A stretch of DNA of 64,000 nucleotides, taken from positions 37,200,001 through 37,264,000 of the forward strand of contig NC_043004.1 in the NCBI RefSeq assembly GCF_006345805.1, read 5' to 3'. Positions within the stretch are counted from its first letter, which is position 1; each line of letters begins with the position of its first letter. The notes below the pieces were generated by a model. It did no database searches and was not told where the DNA came from. It saw nothing but the letters and a program-made list of their open reading frames with translations. Below, piece after piece: positions 48,167-63,465 of the stretch. Position numbers and translations under genes: made by a program. The stretch is from Octopus sinensis. Taxonomy: Eukaryota.

Positions 48167-50021
48167 AGTATTATACTATAATCATTTTAGAAGTATAGCT
48201 CTGTATATTTTCACTTTAAAACTTGCCATAAAATCTTGTCATTCATTTATGACCAGATTCATAATACGACTTTCTTCTATACTTACAATACGGCCCTCTA
48301 GTTTCAAAGTTTTATGTTCCATGCTACTCATACTACCTTTTATTAATGCCTTTCTTTTATTTTATCCAATCCGTTAATCTTGAATCACACTTTCTTCTAA
48401 CTTTTCCTTGAATCTCCATTCTGTATACCGTTGTGGGTATAATCAAAATACATTTAACGGAATAATTTCAGTGTAAATAGCAGATATCGTACAGAGCCAG
48501 GACATCAAAAATTCGTTTCTTGAAGACACTAGTTTAAATTTAGTTTAACAATGGCCAGGTTTTTTTATTATTATTGTGTCTGTAATTGATGTTGAAAGTC
48601 CACTTAGATTTGTTCGAACAAACTACGATTGACAACAGAACGATCACAAATCAACAGTTGTTACATACTTTAAATAGTTGGTTTATGGCTAGTATGTGAC
48701 CAAGCTTTGCATACACTTGGTTTAGACACGATGTTTGTCCGCTACAATGCGTGTTACCATGTAACAAATGACGTCTGTTTCAATACACAGTCGCTACAGC
48801 AGGGGACAAAACAAGGTTAATTTAGTGAGTGTTTTGTAATTTAAATTATTAGGGATTCATTAGAACTGATTACCAAAAGACTCGCGTGATAACAAGGAAC
48901 AGATTTATCAGAAAGATTATCTCACTAATTTTATCTCTTGGTTTTATACCTAAAATATTCGGTGACTGCATCTTGTTAAAATAACCTTCGATTGGTACTT
49001 ATTACTTCACTTCTGTAACTAAATCGTTTAGTATTCGGCGTCTACCTTTGTGTACACTTTGGCAATGAGTCATAATTAAGTTGTAATCTCATATCTCTTT
49101 GCTTACGTTTTCTCCATTGCTTATTTTTTATATTTTCTGTCGTCTCTTCTTTTTAAACTTAGGTCTCTCCCCTCTCAAATTCTTCTTTGCTTTGGTGTAA
49201 TGTTTCTCTGAATATTTCACTATTGATTTGCCTTTTTAGCTGCAATTCATTAAAATCAAATTGTCAACATTTATTTTATTAAGAATTTCTTTTCAGCGGC
49301 ATTATTTTATTTCACTTTAGTGTATCTGATATTTGTTTTATTAGAGTGCCGCTCCATCATTCCGCACAATTACAACATCTAGATCGACACTGATGCTTCT
49401 GTGTCGCCTTTTATTACTTATTTTCAATACATCACATCAAATAAAGATTTTTCGTCCAAATGGGTTGTGTCAAGTCATTTCAGATTTGATCATTTATGGC
49501 ACAGCTGTCTGTCTCACTAAAAATATATACAGGCGGTAATGAATATGTAATGAATGTTTTCGCTTTGCTTGATGTTGTTATTTTTTGTTTTGCTTTTTTT
49601 GTTTTTGTATTGAGAGACCAATGTGCTAACAGCATTTACTATATATTTGAAGAAAACTGTGATTTAGATATGGCTACTTATTTTGTAAAAAAGCGATTGT
49701 GTGTGTGTGTGTGTGTGTGTGAATATAAATACTGTCTGTATGATACACTGAAATCGAAACATATACCAACAGGTATAAATTTATGATGAACAGTTTAGTA
49801 TTCTGCATAATACAAGGCTGTTGAGTAATTAAATACTCAAAATAGAGATGAAAAGCTTCATATTTTTGTACGATTCTTGCCTGTATTAGGAGAGATCACT
49901 TTTATTTTATAAATAACAAATTTCTATCAGCGATCTTACATCGCACATTCGGTGTACAATATAATAAATAACGTCCTCGCAAATCGTTCTACTTAAGATA
50001 CCCAATACTTGTAATTACACT

Positions 50022-50647
50022 GTTTCTTTATTAGCCACAAGGGCCCAAACATAGAGGGGGACAAACATGGACAGACAGGACACCACAGAGGGGACGATAC
50101 ATGGAACGAATATGATGAGATGATTATACAATAATGGGGTTATGAATGGCTGCATGCGCCCCTCATCACATGCATTACCATTAATCTTTTTAAACTGTCC
50201 GTTTTTATCATATATTTAACTAACAATTAATTATCGTCTACCATTACAATTATTTGAACCGTTATACGTTCTCTAAAAATGTTCTTCTATCTTCCGATAT
50301 TATTAAATATAACATAAAACACTTACTTTTTTTTCCTACTTTTTCTTTTTCTTTTCTTCTTTCCTGTCGCTTTGACATTTATTTTGAGTGATGTTTCATT
50401 AGTGGTTCGATATCTATTAAATCCACCACTGGTGGCAATTCTTTGAATTCCACCGTTCTTCCTGATGTGTCGATGTTATCTCCACACATTTCTTGTAGTC
50501 TTTTATAACTTTCCTTTTCAATTACTATCGCCTTCATGTCCTCTGCATATATGTTTGCTGGTATCTTTACTCTTACTATTTGGTTGAACTTGAGTATTTT
50601 CTTCTGTTTCAATATTCTTCGGGTATGTTACGTAATACCGTTTCCTT
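50022..50647 (-). mobile_element. 5'-truncated retroelement with the Tx1-like tail and an ORF1-type C-terminal domain, copy D
   Basis: Perfect 20 bp TSD CCAATACTTGTAATTACACT (50002-50021 and 50648-50667). The tail is GTCCCCCTCTATGTTTGGGCCCTTGTGGCTAATAAAG and the ORF end reads AIVIEKESYKRLQEMCGDNI. Confidence 0.8.
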
Positions 50648-50769
50648 CCAATACTTGTAATTACACTCGACAACATGCAACTCTCGGCTTTACACAGCTC
50701 ACCGACTCTCCCCACACTCTCTGCGCACATCTATTTATATTGTGGCACAGTCCAGTAGGAGCCAACCAA

Positions 50770-51845
50770 ATTCTACTTCCACACAACACCTCTCCTTTTG
50801 AGATTGGCTTTGTCCTTCTATTTATTCATTTATTTATTCTTTTACTTTTATCATTATATCAGGTCTGTTGCGCTTACATTTTCTTGTGGTCTTCATTGGG
50901 ACATTCCACCAGTATTCCTTTTTATTATGAGTGGCTACGGCTTCTACCATATTGTGGCTTCTTATTTCTTTGTCCTTGGGATTTTTTATTATAGATTTCC
51001 TAGCTACAACATCATGTCTCATCGGTAGATAAATAGCGTGATGACATTTCTGGACAACTGCTTATGTGGGTGATATCTTTGGTGTTAGTTCCACAAAGTC
51101 TGCATTGGTTGTCACATTTTATGCCTTTTCCTGCATCTCTATCCCTTTTGTGCATCAGGTATTTGGTTAATATTTCCTGTTCCTGGATTGCAAACGCATA
51201 CCCTTCAAAGTGGGAGGTAATAATCCGGTTATTTGTCTATGATAAACTGCTTTGATTATTGATGTTACTATCACCACAGAGCTTTCTACTAACATGTCTA
51301 TGCATAGTATTCTGCTCATATAGGCACATCTGATAATATATTGGGGTAGAGTCGTGCGACTTCTTTGGGCATGTATCCTAGGTTATCAGACAAAGAGTGT
51401 TGCTTAAGGAGCTGCCTTCCAAGTCTTATGATGTTATCAGCCTCACGTATGCAAACTTGATCAAGGGATGCGCTTCGACACTTGGTGGTCAAAAGATGTT
51501 GCCGAAGGGATATGATGCGACATTCAAAGGCATTTTGGATCGATGCTCAACCTCTACCGCCTTCTTTTCGTTTTAGGTAGAGGCGGTCTACGTCACTGGT
51601 TATGTGGATATTATGTGTTGTTGTTAGTATTTTTCGGGTTTTCACATCAATGGCTCGGATCTCATCAAGCGTCCAATCAAACAGCTCAAATGTTGGTGTG
51701 AGTACTGGCACTGGAGGCACATTTTGGGCCACTGCTTTATTGAATGCAGAGTTCTGAGGTTCATTTTTTTTTATTAGGCTGTAATATTCTTTAGTGAAAC
51801 GTGCTTCGTTACAGGTGCCATTGTAAGATATCTTTTCATCCACTT
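50770..51845 (-). mobile_element. R4/Dong-like (RLE-encoding) non-LTR retrotransposon fragment
   Basis: VDRLYLKRKEGGRG, FEGYAFAIQEQEI, CRLCG...HISSC zinc knuckle, RHD and RNRPDI. Confidence 0.85.
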
Positions 51846-52401
51846 ATTATTTGGTGCCGATTGTAGCTGCGCTTGCGCGGCGGATTTGAAAAGCTATAAT
51901 GTATATAGATGAAACGTGTGTCTTTAGTGTTGCACGGAGGGCAAATTATTTTATTTGTACATTGATGCTGAAACTCGAGTACAAGTGGTAACTATTGAAA
52001 TGTTTTTATTTTTCATTCCCTTTGAAATTACTCTTATTCGTGGTTTGGGCTTTTAACTGCCCTTTCCAGCATGCAAGGTGTCCTGTTAAAGTCACTTCTT
52101 TTGGGTATAAAAACGTACACTAATTTATATAACGTCAGGTAAGCTTGCGTACACACACACATAAATCCCTGGTGAATATTTTCTCTGCACCCCTAAATTG
52201 TTTACACTTTAGTTCTTCATAAGGCAAATTATACATGATAAAACTCTTTCTTTTAAACACATCTTGACAACGTTTTCGAATAGAAAATAAGAACATAACT
52301 ATAGAATTGAAACAAAGAAAGAAATGAAATTTATACATAAAAGTAAATAGAAATAAAAATATCGCCAGAAAGCCTGTCTTTTTAAACATATACAATAGAA
52401 C

Positions 52402-52466
52402 TATATATATATATATAAAAATATATATATATATATATATTACATATATATAATATATATAATTTC

Positions 52467-52504
<38 letters not shown>

Positions 52505-52516
52505 ATATAGTATATA

Positions 52517-52548
<32 letters not shown>

Positions 52549-52654
52549 TACATATATATATATATTATATATTTATTATATTATATATATATATAATATT
52601 ACATATATATAGATATATATATATTTAGATATATATATATATATATATATTTAC

Positions 52655-52692
<38 letters not shown>

Positions 52693-52763
52693 ATATATAT
52701 ATATTTACATATATATATATATATATATATTTGATATATTAATATATATATATATATATTTAC

Positions 52764-52826
<63 letters not shown>

Positions 52827-52949
52827 ATATATATCTATTATATTTACATATATATATATATATATTATATTATATATATATATAATATATATATATATTT
52901 ATATTATATATAATATATTATATATAATTTACATATATTATATATTATA

Positions 52950-52996
<47 letters not shown>

Positions 52997-53029
52997 AATT
53001 ATATATATATATTTACAATATATATATTA

Positions 53030-53068
<39 letters not shown>

Positions 53069-53149
53069 CATATATATATAATATATATATTTATATATAT
53101 ATTATATATATATATTTACATATATATATATATATAATATTTAATATTC

Positions 53150-53204
<55 letters not shown>

Positions 53205-53605
53205 ATATTTATATATAATAATATATATATTTATATATATATATATATATCTAATTATTATATATATATATTATTATATATTTATATATTATATATATAT
53301 ATTATATTTATATATATATATTATATATATTATTTATATATATATATATATATCATATTATATATAATATATATAATATATATATATATATTTATATATA
53401 TATATATATTTAATATTTATATATAATAATATATATTATATATAATATATTTATATATTTATATTATATATATTATATATATATATTATTATAATATATT
53501 TATATATATATATAATATATATATATTATTTATATATATGATATTTATATATTTATATATATTATATTATATATATATATATTTATATATATAATTATAT
53601 ATATT

Positions 53606-53642
<37 letters not shown>

Positions 53643-53669
53643 ATTATATATTTATATATATATATATTT

Positions 53670-53700
<31 letters not shown>

Positions 53701-53712
53701 ATATATAATATA

Positions 53713-53744
<32 letters not shown>

Positions 53745-53772
53745 ATCTATTATATATATTTTATATATATAG

Positions 53773-53805
<33 letters not shown>

Positions 53806-53852
53806 ATATAATATATATATATATAATATATATTTATATATATATATATTTT

Positions 53853-53919
<67 letters not shown>

Positions 53920-54016
53920 ATATAATATATATATTTAATATATATATATAATATTATATATATTATATTATTTATATATAATATATATATTATATATATA
54001 TATATTTATATATATA

Positions 54017-54054
<38 letters not shown>

Positions 54055-54116
54055 ATTTATATATATATTATATATATATTATATATATATAATATATATA
54101 TATCTTTATATATATA

Positions 54117-54150
<34 letters not shown>

Positions 54151-54233
54151 ATATATATATTTTTATATAATATATATATAATATATATATTATATATATA
54201 TATTATATATATATATACTATATATATATATAA

Positions 54234-54273
<40 letters not shown>

Positions 54274-54385
54274 ATATATATATATATTATATATATAATA
54301 TAATATATATATATATATATATATATTTATCTATATATATATATATATATATATATATTCTAATATATATATATATATATATAGT

Positions 54386-54418
<33 letters not shown>

Positions 54419-54576
54419 TATATATATATATATATATATATATATCTTTATATATATATATATATATATAATATATATATTTATATATATATATATATAT
54501 ATTTATATTATATAATATATATATTTTATATATATATATAATATACTTATATTTAATATATATATATTATATATAG

Positions 54577-54654
<78 letters not shown>

Positions 54655-54747
54655 ATATATATATTTATATATCTATTTATATATATTATTATATCTTTAT
54701 ATATATATATATATATATATTATTATATCTATATTTATATATATATT

Positions 54748-54817
<70 letters not shown>

Positions 54818-54882
54818 TAATACTATAATTATATATATATATATATATATTTTATATATAATTATATATATATTTATATATC

Positions 54883-54921
<39 letters not shown>

Positions 54922-55187
54922 ATACATATATTATATAATATATTATATATATATTTATATATATATATATATATATATTTTATATCTATATATAGATATA
55001 TATATATATTTATATATATATATATATATCTATATATTATATATCTATTATATATATCCTTATATATATAATCTATATCTATTTATATATATATAATATA
55101 TATATATTATTATATATAATATATATATATACTATATATATTTTATATATATATATATAATTATATTTTTATAATATATAATATATA

Positions 55188-55274
<87 letters not shown>

Positions 55275-55277
55275 TTT

Positions 55278-55313
<36 letters not shown>

Positions 55314-55459
55314 ATTATATATATATATTTATATATATATATATATCTACTATATTATATTTATATATATATATATATAATATATATTTTATATATATAT
55401 ATATATCTAATATATTATATATATACTATATATATTTTATATATATCGCTATATATATT

Positions 55460-55492
<33 letters not shown>

Positions 55493-55580
55493 CTATATAT
55501 AATATATATATTATATTTATATATATATATATATATTTATATATATAATATATATATTTATATATATATATTATATTATT

Positions 55581-55633
<53 letters not shown>

Positions 55634-55666
55634 ATATATCTATCTATATTTATATATATCTATATA

Positions 55667-55713
<47 letters not shown>

Positions 55714-55747
55714 ATATATATATATATTATATATTATATATATATAT
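52402..55747. repeat. ~3.3 kb degenerate (TA)n microsatellite
   Basis: Almost exclusively A/T alternation punctuated by TTTA/TTTACA interruptions. Confidence 0.98.
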
Positions 55748-57129
55748 TCTGTTGTATATGATATATATATACTATATTGTATTATATGGCAACTTAAGTG
55801 AAAATTATAAAAAAAAACAATTGAAAACAAATAGTTTATTGTTATCTTAGTTTCTTCGTTCATCTGAATTATTCATTGAGAAAATTGTCTACTAGGTTGC
55901 ATTTCTTATTCTGAGCAATATACCATAGTTTACACTATTTCTGTTTTCTCTGTGATTGTCTTTGTGTGTGTTTTTTTTTTTGTTTTGTTTTGTCTGTGTG
56001 TATAAGTGTGTGTTTATGAGTTTGTGCATATGCGTGTTATACACTAAAATGAAACCAGAATTGTAAACAAATGTCAACAAGAGATACCTTCATTTATCTA
56101 TAGCTATGCACATCAGTGATACAATATACTTACCGTTTAAGTATTGTGTGTGTTTAGTGGGGATATGTATGCGTGTGCTTATGTGTGTGCATGTTCCTGT
56201 TATTTTATTTTTTACAGTTGTGAGCCAATAAACGTGAACAAATTTTCACTGATAAAAGTGCTAAATCTGTGAAGTAGTTTGAAATTTATTAAATAGAAAT
56301 AATTGACTGCAACTTCAAGTTTTTCCTTCCTTCTTCAAACAGTAAGCTAGATTACAGGTATTTATATATTTCTCTAAATGATACGACGTGGGAAAGGAAA
56401 CCTATTTTTAGAGAAGGGTCAGTAGCTAGAAAGTTTAACCTCCTTTCATACAGTAGCAATTTGTAAGTAGTTTTTGGTTTTGTTGTGTCTTTTTGTGTTT
56501 TTTTTTTCGAGTTAACGTGATTCTGAAAGTATTTCAGATGTTCTGTAAGTAGCAAATAAAGTAATTTATAAAGAGTGGATAGGTTCCAACTTGATCTAGA
56601 ACGGATTGTATCCTCTATGGTAGCTAACTGACTGGGACACACCAAGTGAATAGGTTGTGTAGTTTTCATATGAAGGAATCGCATTGACGTTAAGATGAAC
56701 TAAAAACAGAACAAGAAGGAAGCTAGCTCTGATCTGGAGGACGTTTCAAGAGATGTTTAAACGCGTGTAAAGAGGTCTCAAGTGTGGGAACGTGCTTGAG
56801 TGCGCTTGAACTTGCCTAAATCTTCTTATATGTGGGCGAAGATTGTTTCCAACACATGACTTGGCTTCGGAAGCTTAATTTATGCATGGGAGATTAGTCT
56901 TTTTACATTATAAACGAAATACATTAAATATAACAACTCCTAAACTAATTTAAATATATAGATGTCAAAAGTAATTATATATAAGACTAAAAATAAATAC
57001 TTTCATTCATACATAGTGCCACACATACACAATGCAAACAAATATATCGAAATGGTTTTTCATAAATACGAAAATCAAGAAATAGGACACCAAACATAAA
57101 CATGTAGAGTATTATATTTATATTTATAA

Positions 57130-57940
57130 ATCAATACACAAGAGCTTCCAGGCTACCAAAGATTTCGTGCTTCGCACTCATTCAGACCGCATCTTTCCAA
57201 GTGAGATACTAAAAAAATACATACTGTGAAAAATATATGTCTAAATGTTTGTGTTAAGTTAAGTAACACTTAGGTGATGGCTACGAATCATTTCCATTTG
57301 TCTATATCATGTTTTCACTTTGGAGATGGTGGGTAAAAAATTTTGTAGAAAATGACGGTAAAGTAGATGATAGTCGTAACGGCAAGGAAAATCGAGAGTT
57401 GGAAAGAAAATACAGCAATGGAAAGAAAGAATAAGTGGAAGAGGCACGAAAAAAAAGATTAATAAAATCCAAGTGTATTAGGTTCAGATCTTCGTACATT
57501 TGTGTGGCGCTAGTTCAGTGAAGGCTGTGTTTTCCTATTCCTTAACATGAGTTTTCGAAATATCTGCATTTCTCTGATTAATCTGATTTGGTGTTTAACC
57601 AGGGGACTGTAGGTTTGGATGTTTCTTCTCTTTTCTACTCAGCATTAACCATTCATTTTGGTTCTGCTTTAAAGGGTTTCAATTTTCCTATGATTTTCCA
57701 TTAAGCGGGAACTTTTTATTGCAAAATATAGCTGGCAAATTTTATTCTTTTTTTTTCTATGTGCCTAAAGGAGGATGTATGTTTTCAAATCTTGGCCTAA
57801 ATTTATCTTCCGTCTGTCACGTTTACGTGCCACTTCTATTCCATCGAATTTTCTTCTGTCTCATAAATTCTGGCTTCTGTGTTGCAAAATTTATCTAGTA
57901 GGCAAGTATATTTGTTCCTGTATGAGCATGTGGCTTCAGT
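57130..57940 (-). mobile_element. Highly decayed Penelope-like element (GIY-YIG C-terminus and pLTR)
   Basis: Residual KHTSSFRH and WLNTKSD*SEKCRY motifs, plus a hammerhead-like CUGAAUGA-GUGC-GAA-GCAC-GAAA at 57163-57185. Confidence 0.5.
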
Positions 57941-58863
57941 TTAGTTACTGGTTTTGTGATATTTTTTTTTTATATTAGTGGTGCAATGTAGATCATTTTC
58001 AATTTGTGTCTTTTGAAAAGTTTTATATATCTATGTGAAAGCGAGAAGTGTTCGAGTCAAAAAATTATAAAAGCTATTATATTAAAATTAGATAAATTTT
58101 AAAAGTGTGTGAACAATATGATTTTACAGTAAGGAGTAACGTGACTAACGAATAATATTTTCTCACACGGCAGTTATTTCCTTTGTTCCGTATTTGTAAA
58201 GCTGTGCAAAGCTACAATTTTTAATTTTTATCTTATAATTTTTTATAGACTTTAATATATATTATTTCTCTGCCATTTGTTTTATAAGCACAAACAGAAA
58301 ACGCTGATCAGTGAAATAATTCCTAGTCGTTGTATCTGTAAAGTTATGCACCATTTAAATTTTGCAAGTTTCTAAACAATCTTCCACAATGGTGTGTCTT
58401 CCTGGTAGATTACTTGAATTTATAACTAAACACACTTCGCAAAACTTACAGCTTGATACACCCTCCTACCTTCTGTAGATCCGGCATATATTGTATTACT
58501 TTAGTGAAATTACTATTTTAAAGGCTGCATTTCAGTTCTGTTCTGCACTTCTAAGAGCAACATCATTTACAGTCACGTATGCACCAACTGTGTGTGTTGT
58601 GTGTGTGCGTGTGTACGTGTGTGTGTGTTTGTGTGTGTGTGTTGTGTGTTGTGTATAGAGTAAGCACAATCAGTTGTATGTAGTCAACCCTTCTATAGTC
58701 GTTGAATGTTTATCTTTATGTATATACACCATATTATCTTTGTATATATGAGTGTGTGTGTACGTGTATGTATAAATATATATGTGTGTGTGTGTGTACG
58801 TATATATATATATGGTGTGTGTGTGTGTATGTATATATATATATATGAGTGTGTGTGTGTACG

Positions 58864-58904
<41 letters not shown>

Positions 58905-59140
58905 TATTAGCATACAAACAAACCGAGAGAGAGAGAGAGAGAGAGAGAATAGGACATGACATACATGAACTCATAAGAGTACATCATTTATCTTCATCAA
59001 ATGTGAGACACAAAAGAGTTCGAAAAATTGCAAATGTAAATATTTCGATGCCGCGACAGAAAGTTTCTTTTAATGGGAAATCGAACATAATAATCCCACC
59101 CACCCCCACACACACACATGTACATATATATATGTTTTAA

Positions 59141-59206
<66 letters not shown>

Positions 59207-59949
59207 ATATGTGTGTGTTTGTGTGTGTGTATACGTATGTATATATCTATTGTAGTTAAGGAGTTAAGGTGATGTGAAGTTGTCTAAACTATTTTCAAAT
59301 ACGAAGTTAATTGTTATTACGACTAACTTTCGTAATTAATACATACAGAAACGAAAGAATTGTGCTGCTAAAGTCGGCGGATAGTTATTAAATAAATACG
59401 CCAGGCAACAACAATGACGCGTGCCGTATAATGATTCCTGGTTTTCTGTGTTCTCTTAACAGATTACATATCCTAAACAATTAGTGCTTTGGATTCTTCG
59501 GAAACAATAGATCAGGGAGTTAACGATTGAAGATAATGCTAGTTTAAATCCTGCTTAATGTTTGATAATATCAATAAAATGATAGGAATTGTACAGATGA
59601 ATGGCGAATCAGTTTTTTAATTATCCAAATATAAGAAGAATTAACGAAAAATATTTTTTCTTTATTTCAGGAGATTCCTACGTAAAGATAATTTACATCG
59701 CAGATATTATTAAAATATTAGAGGACATTGATCAATAATATTTTAATTTCGATGCCGAAATAATAATGGAATCTAAAGTTTGCATAACACGAAAGTTTAA
59801 TCTAAAATTTTCCAAGATGTTCATGCCCGATCAGTCTATCCTTCATGTTGGTTCAATTCTTTGACAGAAGTCATGAAATTCAGTTTGTGTCGTGCCAACT
59901 AAACTGTTACCATCTTACAGAACCTGCAAGAAGTCTTTCATTACTACAG

Positions 59950-60119
59950 CACGCGCACATACAGACAAACACACACACACACACACACAAACATACACAC
60001 ACACACAAACACACACACACAAAGACACACACAAACACACATACACAAACACACATACAAACACACGCACACAAACACACGCATGTAAACACACGCACGC
60101 ACACACACATGCACACACA

Positions 60120-60178
<59 letters not shown>

Positions 60179-60180
60179 AA
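59950..60180. repeat. (CA)n microsatellite (one of many CA/TA/TATG tracts in the window)
   Basis: Direct inspection. Confidence 0.95.
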
Positions 60181-60758
60181 CGAACTTCAAAGCAGCTGAT
60201 GAAAAACGAACTCTTGAAAAATTTCCATATTGTTCTGCTTGCTAACAAGAAAGAAAATGCGCTGTCCATTGTCTCAACTTGCACTTTTCCTATGACAGTC
60301 CTTGTATGTGACACTCGGGTGTCCGACAATAGATAGACGCTGTTTTCAGTCATACGGAATTTGAGGGCGGATTCCTCTTTGGATTCCATTGTGAAGATTA
60401 CTGGTGCCTGAGTGGTTCTTACCTGCAAATTTTTCAAATCTGTCTTTTCTACAACTGCCAATTTGGAGAAATCCTCTTCATATACGTAGAATTCATTCTG
60501 CCGTCTCAATCTCGGTTGCAGTTTCCATTGTGGCTGCGTTTGCATGTCAACAATAAGCATAAAGGCCATCCTAGACACAGAAGTGACAATCTTGTGCTAT
60601 GAGAGACGGTGAAGTATTGGGAATTTAGGTTCACTAGGATAAGCCAAGCGCACAGGGTGCAGTGTTTCAACATACACAATTTTGTTGGAAACGTCTAAGC
60701 ACATAAATTTTGGCTAGAAACCACGACAATTAATACTCGAATGAACGAAGCTTATTTC

Positions 60759-60987
60759 TATTTCTTTACTACCCACAAGAGAGGACTAACACAGAGAGGA
60801 CAAACAAGGACAGACAAACGGATTAAGTCGATTATATCGACCCCAATGCGTAACAGGTACTTATTTAATCGACCCCGAAAGGATAAAAGGCAAAGTCGAC
60901 CTCGGCGGAATTTGAACTCAGAACGTAGACAAAATACTGCTAAGCATTTCGCCCGGCGTGCTAATGTTTCTGCCAGCTCGCCACCTT
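60759..60987 (-). mobile_element. tRNA-derived SINE family 1 with an 18 bp TSD
   Basis: Paralog of 26033-26256. TSD ATGAACGAAGCTTATTTC at 60741-60758 and 60988-61005. Confidence 0.92.
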
Positions 60988-61308
60988 ATGAACGAAGCTT
61001 ATTTCATTACGAAGAAAGAAGTTGAAATTGAGCCTTAGAAGACAGCTGCATGTGAAGAGATAACAAAGGTATATGTCCCTCATTTCCGATATACAGTTGT
61101 TAAAATCACGTCGGTGCGGCTGTCACCACATACATACATGCATTACATGGAAAAATGCGAGCAAGAGAAATAATATTCTTACGATTATAAACCTGGAAAA
61201 GTTCAGAACAAGTTATTACATCTGGTAAAGTACAAAACAAGAAAATTTTTACTAATATATTGCAATCAAGGATAAAATTTCAAATAAAATTTTTAGATTT
61301 AGAAAATA

Positions 61309-61700
61309 CTAGCAGTATCGCCCGGCGTTGCTCGAGTTTCTTTCGACCCTTTAGAATTGGAATTTTTGAAAAGTAAACATTTTGCATTATGTAGCTTGTT
61401 ATTGTCTTTAAGTGAACATTTTTCTGGTTGAAATACACCGAAAAATGGCGACACAGCAGTCAAAAAATCGTAAAAAATAAGGATTTTCATAGAAAAAAAG
61501 AACCTTTTTGATGTAAATAATTTTTGGTGTTAACATGGTCCGATTTGAAGTTTTTCTTCTACGGAATGAAGAGCAAGCCTTCTTCTATCATGCTCTCAAT
61601 TTTGGTCAACTTGTGCCGCAGGGTCTCGGAGGAGATAGTGTTAGTTGAAGGCTACCAAACCTGCCATACACAGACAACTTCAGCTTTATATATGTAGAGA
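61309..61700 (-). mobile_element. Non-autonomous Helitron (different body, same 3' end family)
   Basis: A|CTAGCAGTATCGCCCGGCGTTGCTCG at one end and CTTTATATATGTAGAGA|T at the other. Confidence 0.75.
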
Positions 61701-62039
61701 TTAGCTTTTATCAAAATTTAAAATTCTATTACAAGTTATTATTTCTATTTGTAATTAATTGTTACTTCTATTAAAAATTTAAAATAACCCAAAATATTTT
61801 TGGCACTTGAAAAAAATTCATTTTTTAATTACTAATTAATAATTTTAAATTTTAAAATAGGTTATAAAAAATAATAGTAGTACATAATCAATTAGTACAA
61901 TAAATAAAATAATGCAAAAATTAGTTATATATTACAGTAAAATTTACCTATAGCAACAAATTCACAGTAAAATTTGCTTGAGTTATTACCTAAGTTATTG
62001 TCAAATCTTCACATTTCTAGTCTTGACCCAATGCCTATT

Positions 62040-62340
62040 TTTACCTCCACTTTAGCGAAGGCAGAGGTATTGTTTTCAGTCGTGTTTGTTTGTCCATGGA
62101 CAAGATATCTCAAGAACCGCGGGATGAATTCGGATGAAACTTTCAGGCATATTTGGCTTCTTGACTGACACGAATTGGTTAGATTTTGGGATTGATCCGG
62201 TACCGGACAAGGATTCTGAATTATTTTCCGTTTTTTTTTTTTTTTTTACTTAATTTTTGAGTGCGGTCAGGTTCATTTTTAATATTCACGTTTGTCAGAG
62301 CAGTCGAGTTTATTTCAGATATTTTCATTTTATAAATTTT
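62040..62340 (+). mobile_element. Helentron-associated/DINE-1-like element, partial
   Basis: TTACCTCC...GAGGTATT subterminal hairpin, a (TGTT)n tract and the GATTTTGGGATTGATCCGG motif. Confidence 0.5.
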
Positions 62341-62349
62341 ATTGATTCG

Positions 62350-62550
62350 ATAATAAAACATACCGACAGATAAAAAGTACGGCTATGGGGACGCAGTTTT
62401 CACCCTCAAATGCGAACTTAGTCATGAGATGCTTGGAAGAAAAACCTTATGAGAAAATAGGGAAAACTTTTGATCAGGAATACAAGAAATATATCATTAA
62501 AAAGTGGAAACCCTTCTTTGATGTTTGCTTCATTTTGGGGCGGGGAGACA
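62350..62550 (+). mobile_element. Penelope-like reverse transcriptase fragment
   Basis: YRQIKSTAMGTQFSPSNANLVMRCLEEK...WKPFFDVCFI resembles the Penelope motifs GxAMG..P..ANL.M and WxRY/FxDD. Confidence 0.7.
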
Positions 62551-63434
62551 GATCAAATGAGAACAGATCAAATGTGCCTTAGATTTATTCTTATCATTTA
62601 TTATGTATATACTTTTGTAAAGTATGATCATAAAGCGAGCAGCGCGTACATATCTATGTCAGAATTATTATGTGTGAATAGATAAGTCCATATATGTAAG
62701 ACTATGCATGTCTATACTAACAAGTTTTATAAGTTAATTCTATGGTATATTTCAGATTTTTCATAGTTTCGTTATTCTACATGAATTGATATAAATACAA
62801 ATATTATTATGTGTACATGTATGTTTCATACGTATGTTAGTATAAAAATATGTGTATGCATCAATGAGAATAAAATGTATGCGTATGTATGTGATAGATG
62901 GATGGATGGGTGGATGGATGGATAGAAGGATTTCCTGCATATTAAATGTTAGCAATAGAAAGCAACATGGATACATGTACTCATGTGCACACAAGTACTT
63001 TGCCCATAAGAAACACGCAATGCGTGAGTATTGATTGCTTTGTTCAGGGTTAAGATCTAAATACCTGACTAATCTATAAAAGAAAGGATGAAGTAACCCA
63101 GCATCCGTACGCTACCAGATTTACATAGCTGGATTTTAAAAAATTGTTTGTTGCTTTCTATACATAAAGACAGAAGTTCCGCTTTAGCTGTCATTCACCG
63201 AGGAAGTATGTGGCACTGAAGAGGCGAAATCATGTTGAAAGGCCGTGTCTTGGTAGTCTACTAGAATCTCTTAGATTTTGACTTGATGTGTATTTACACG
63301 AAAGCTCTATAGGGAGAAATTCTTCTCCTAGATAAAATTCAGTAGCGAATATATTTCATATTCTGGTGGAGAGAAGTGTATTAAAAATATATTTATACAT
63401 CTTTACATCCTCAGTACTTCGTATGCTTATACTT

Positions 63435-63465
<31 letters not shown>

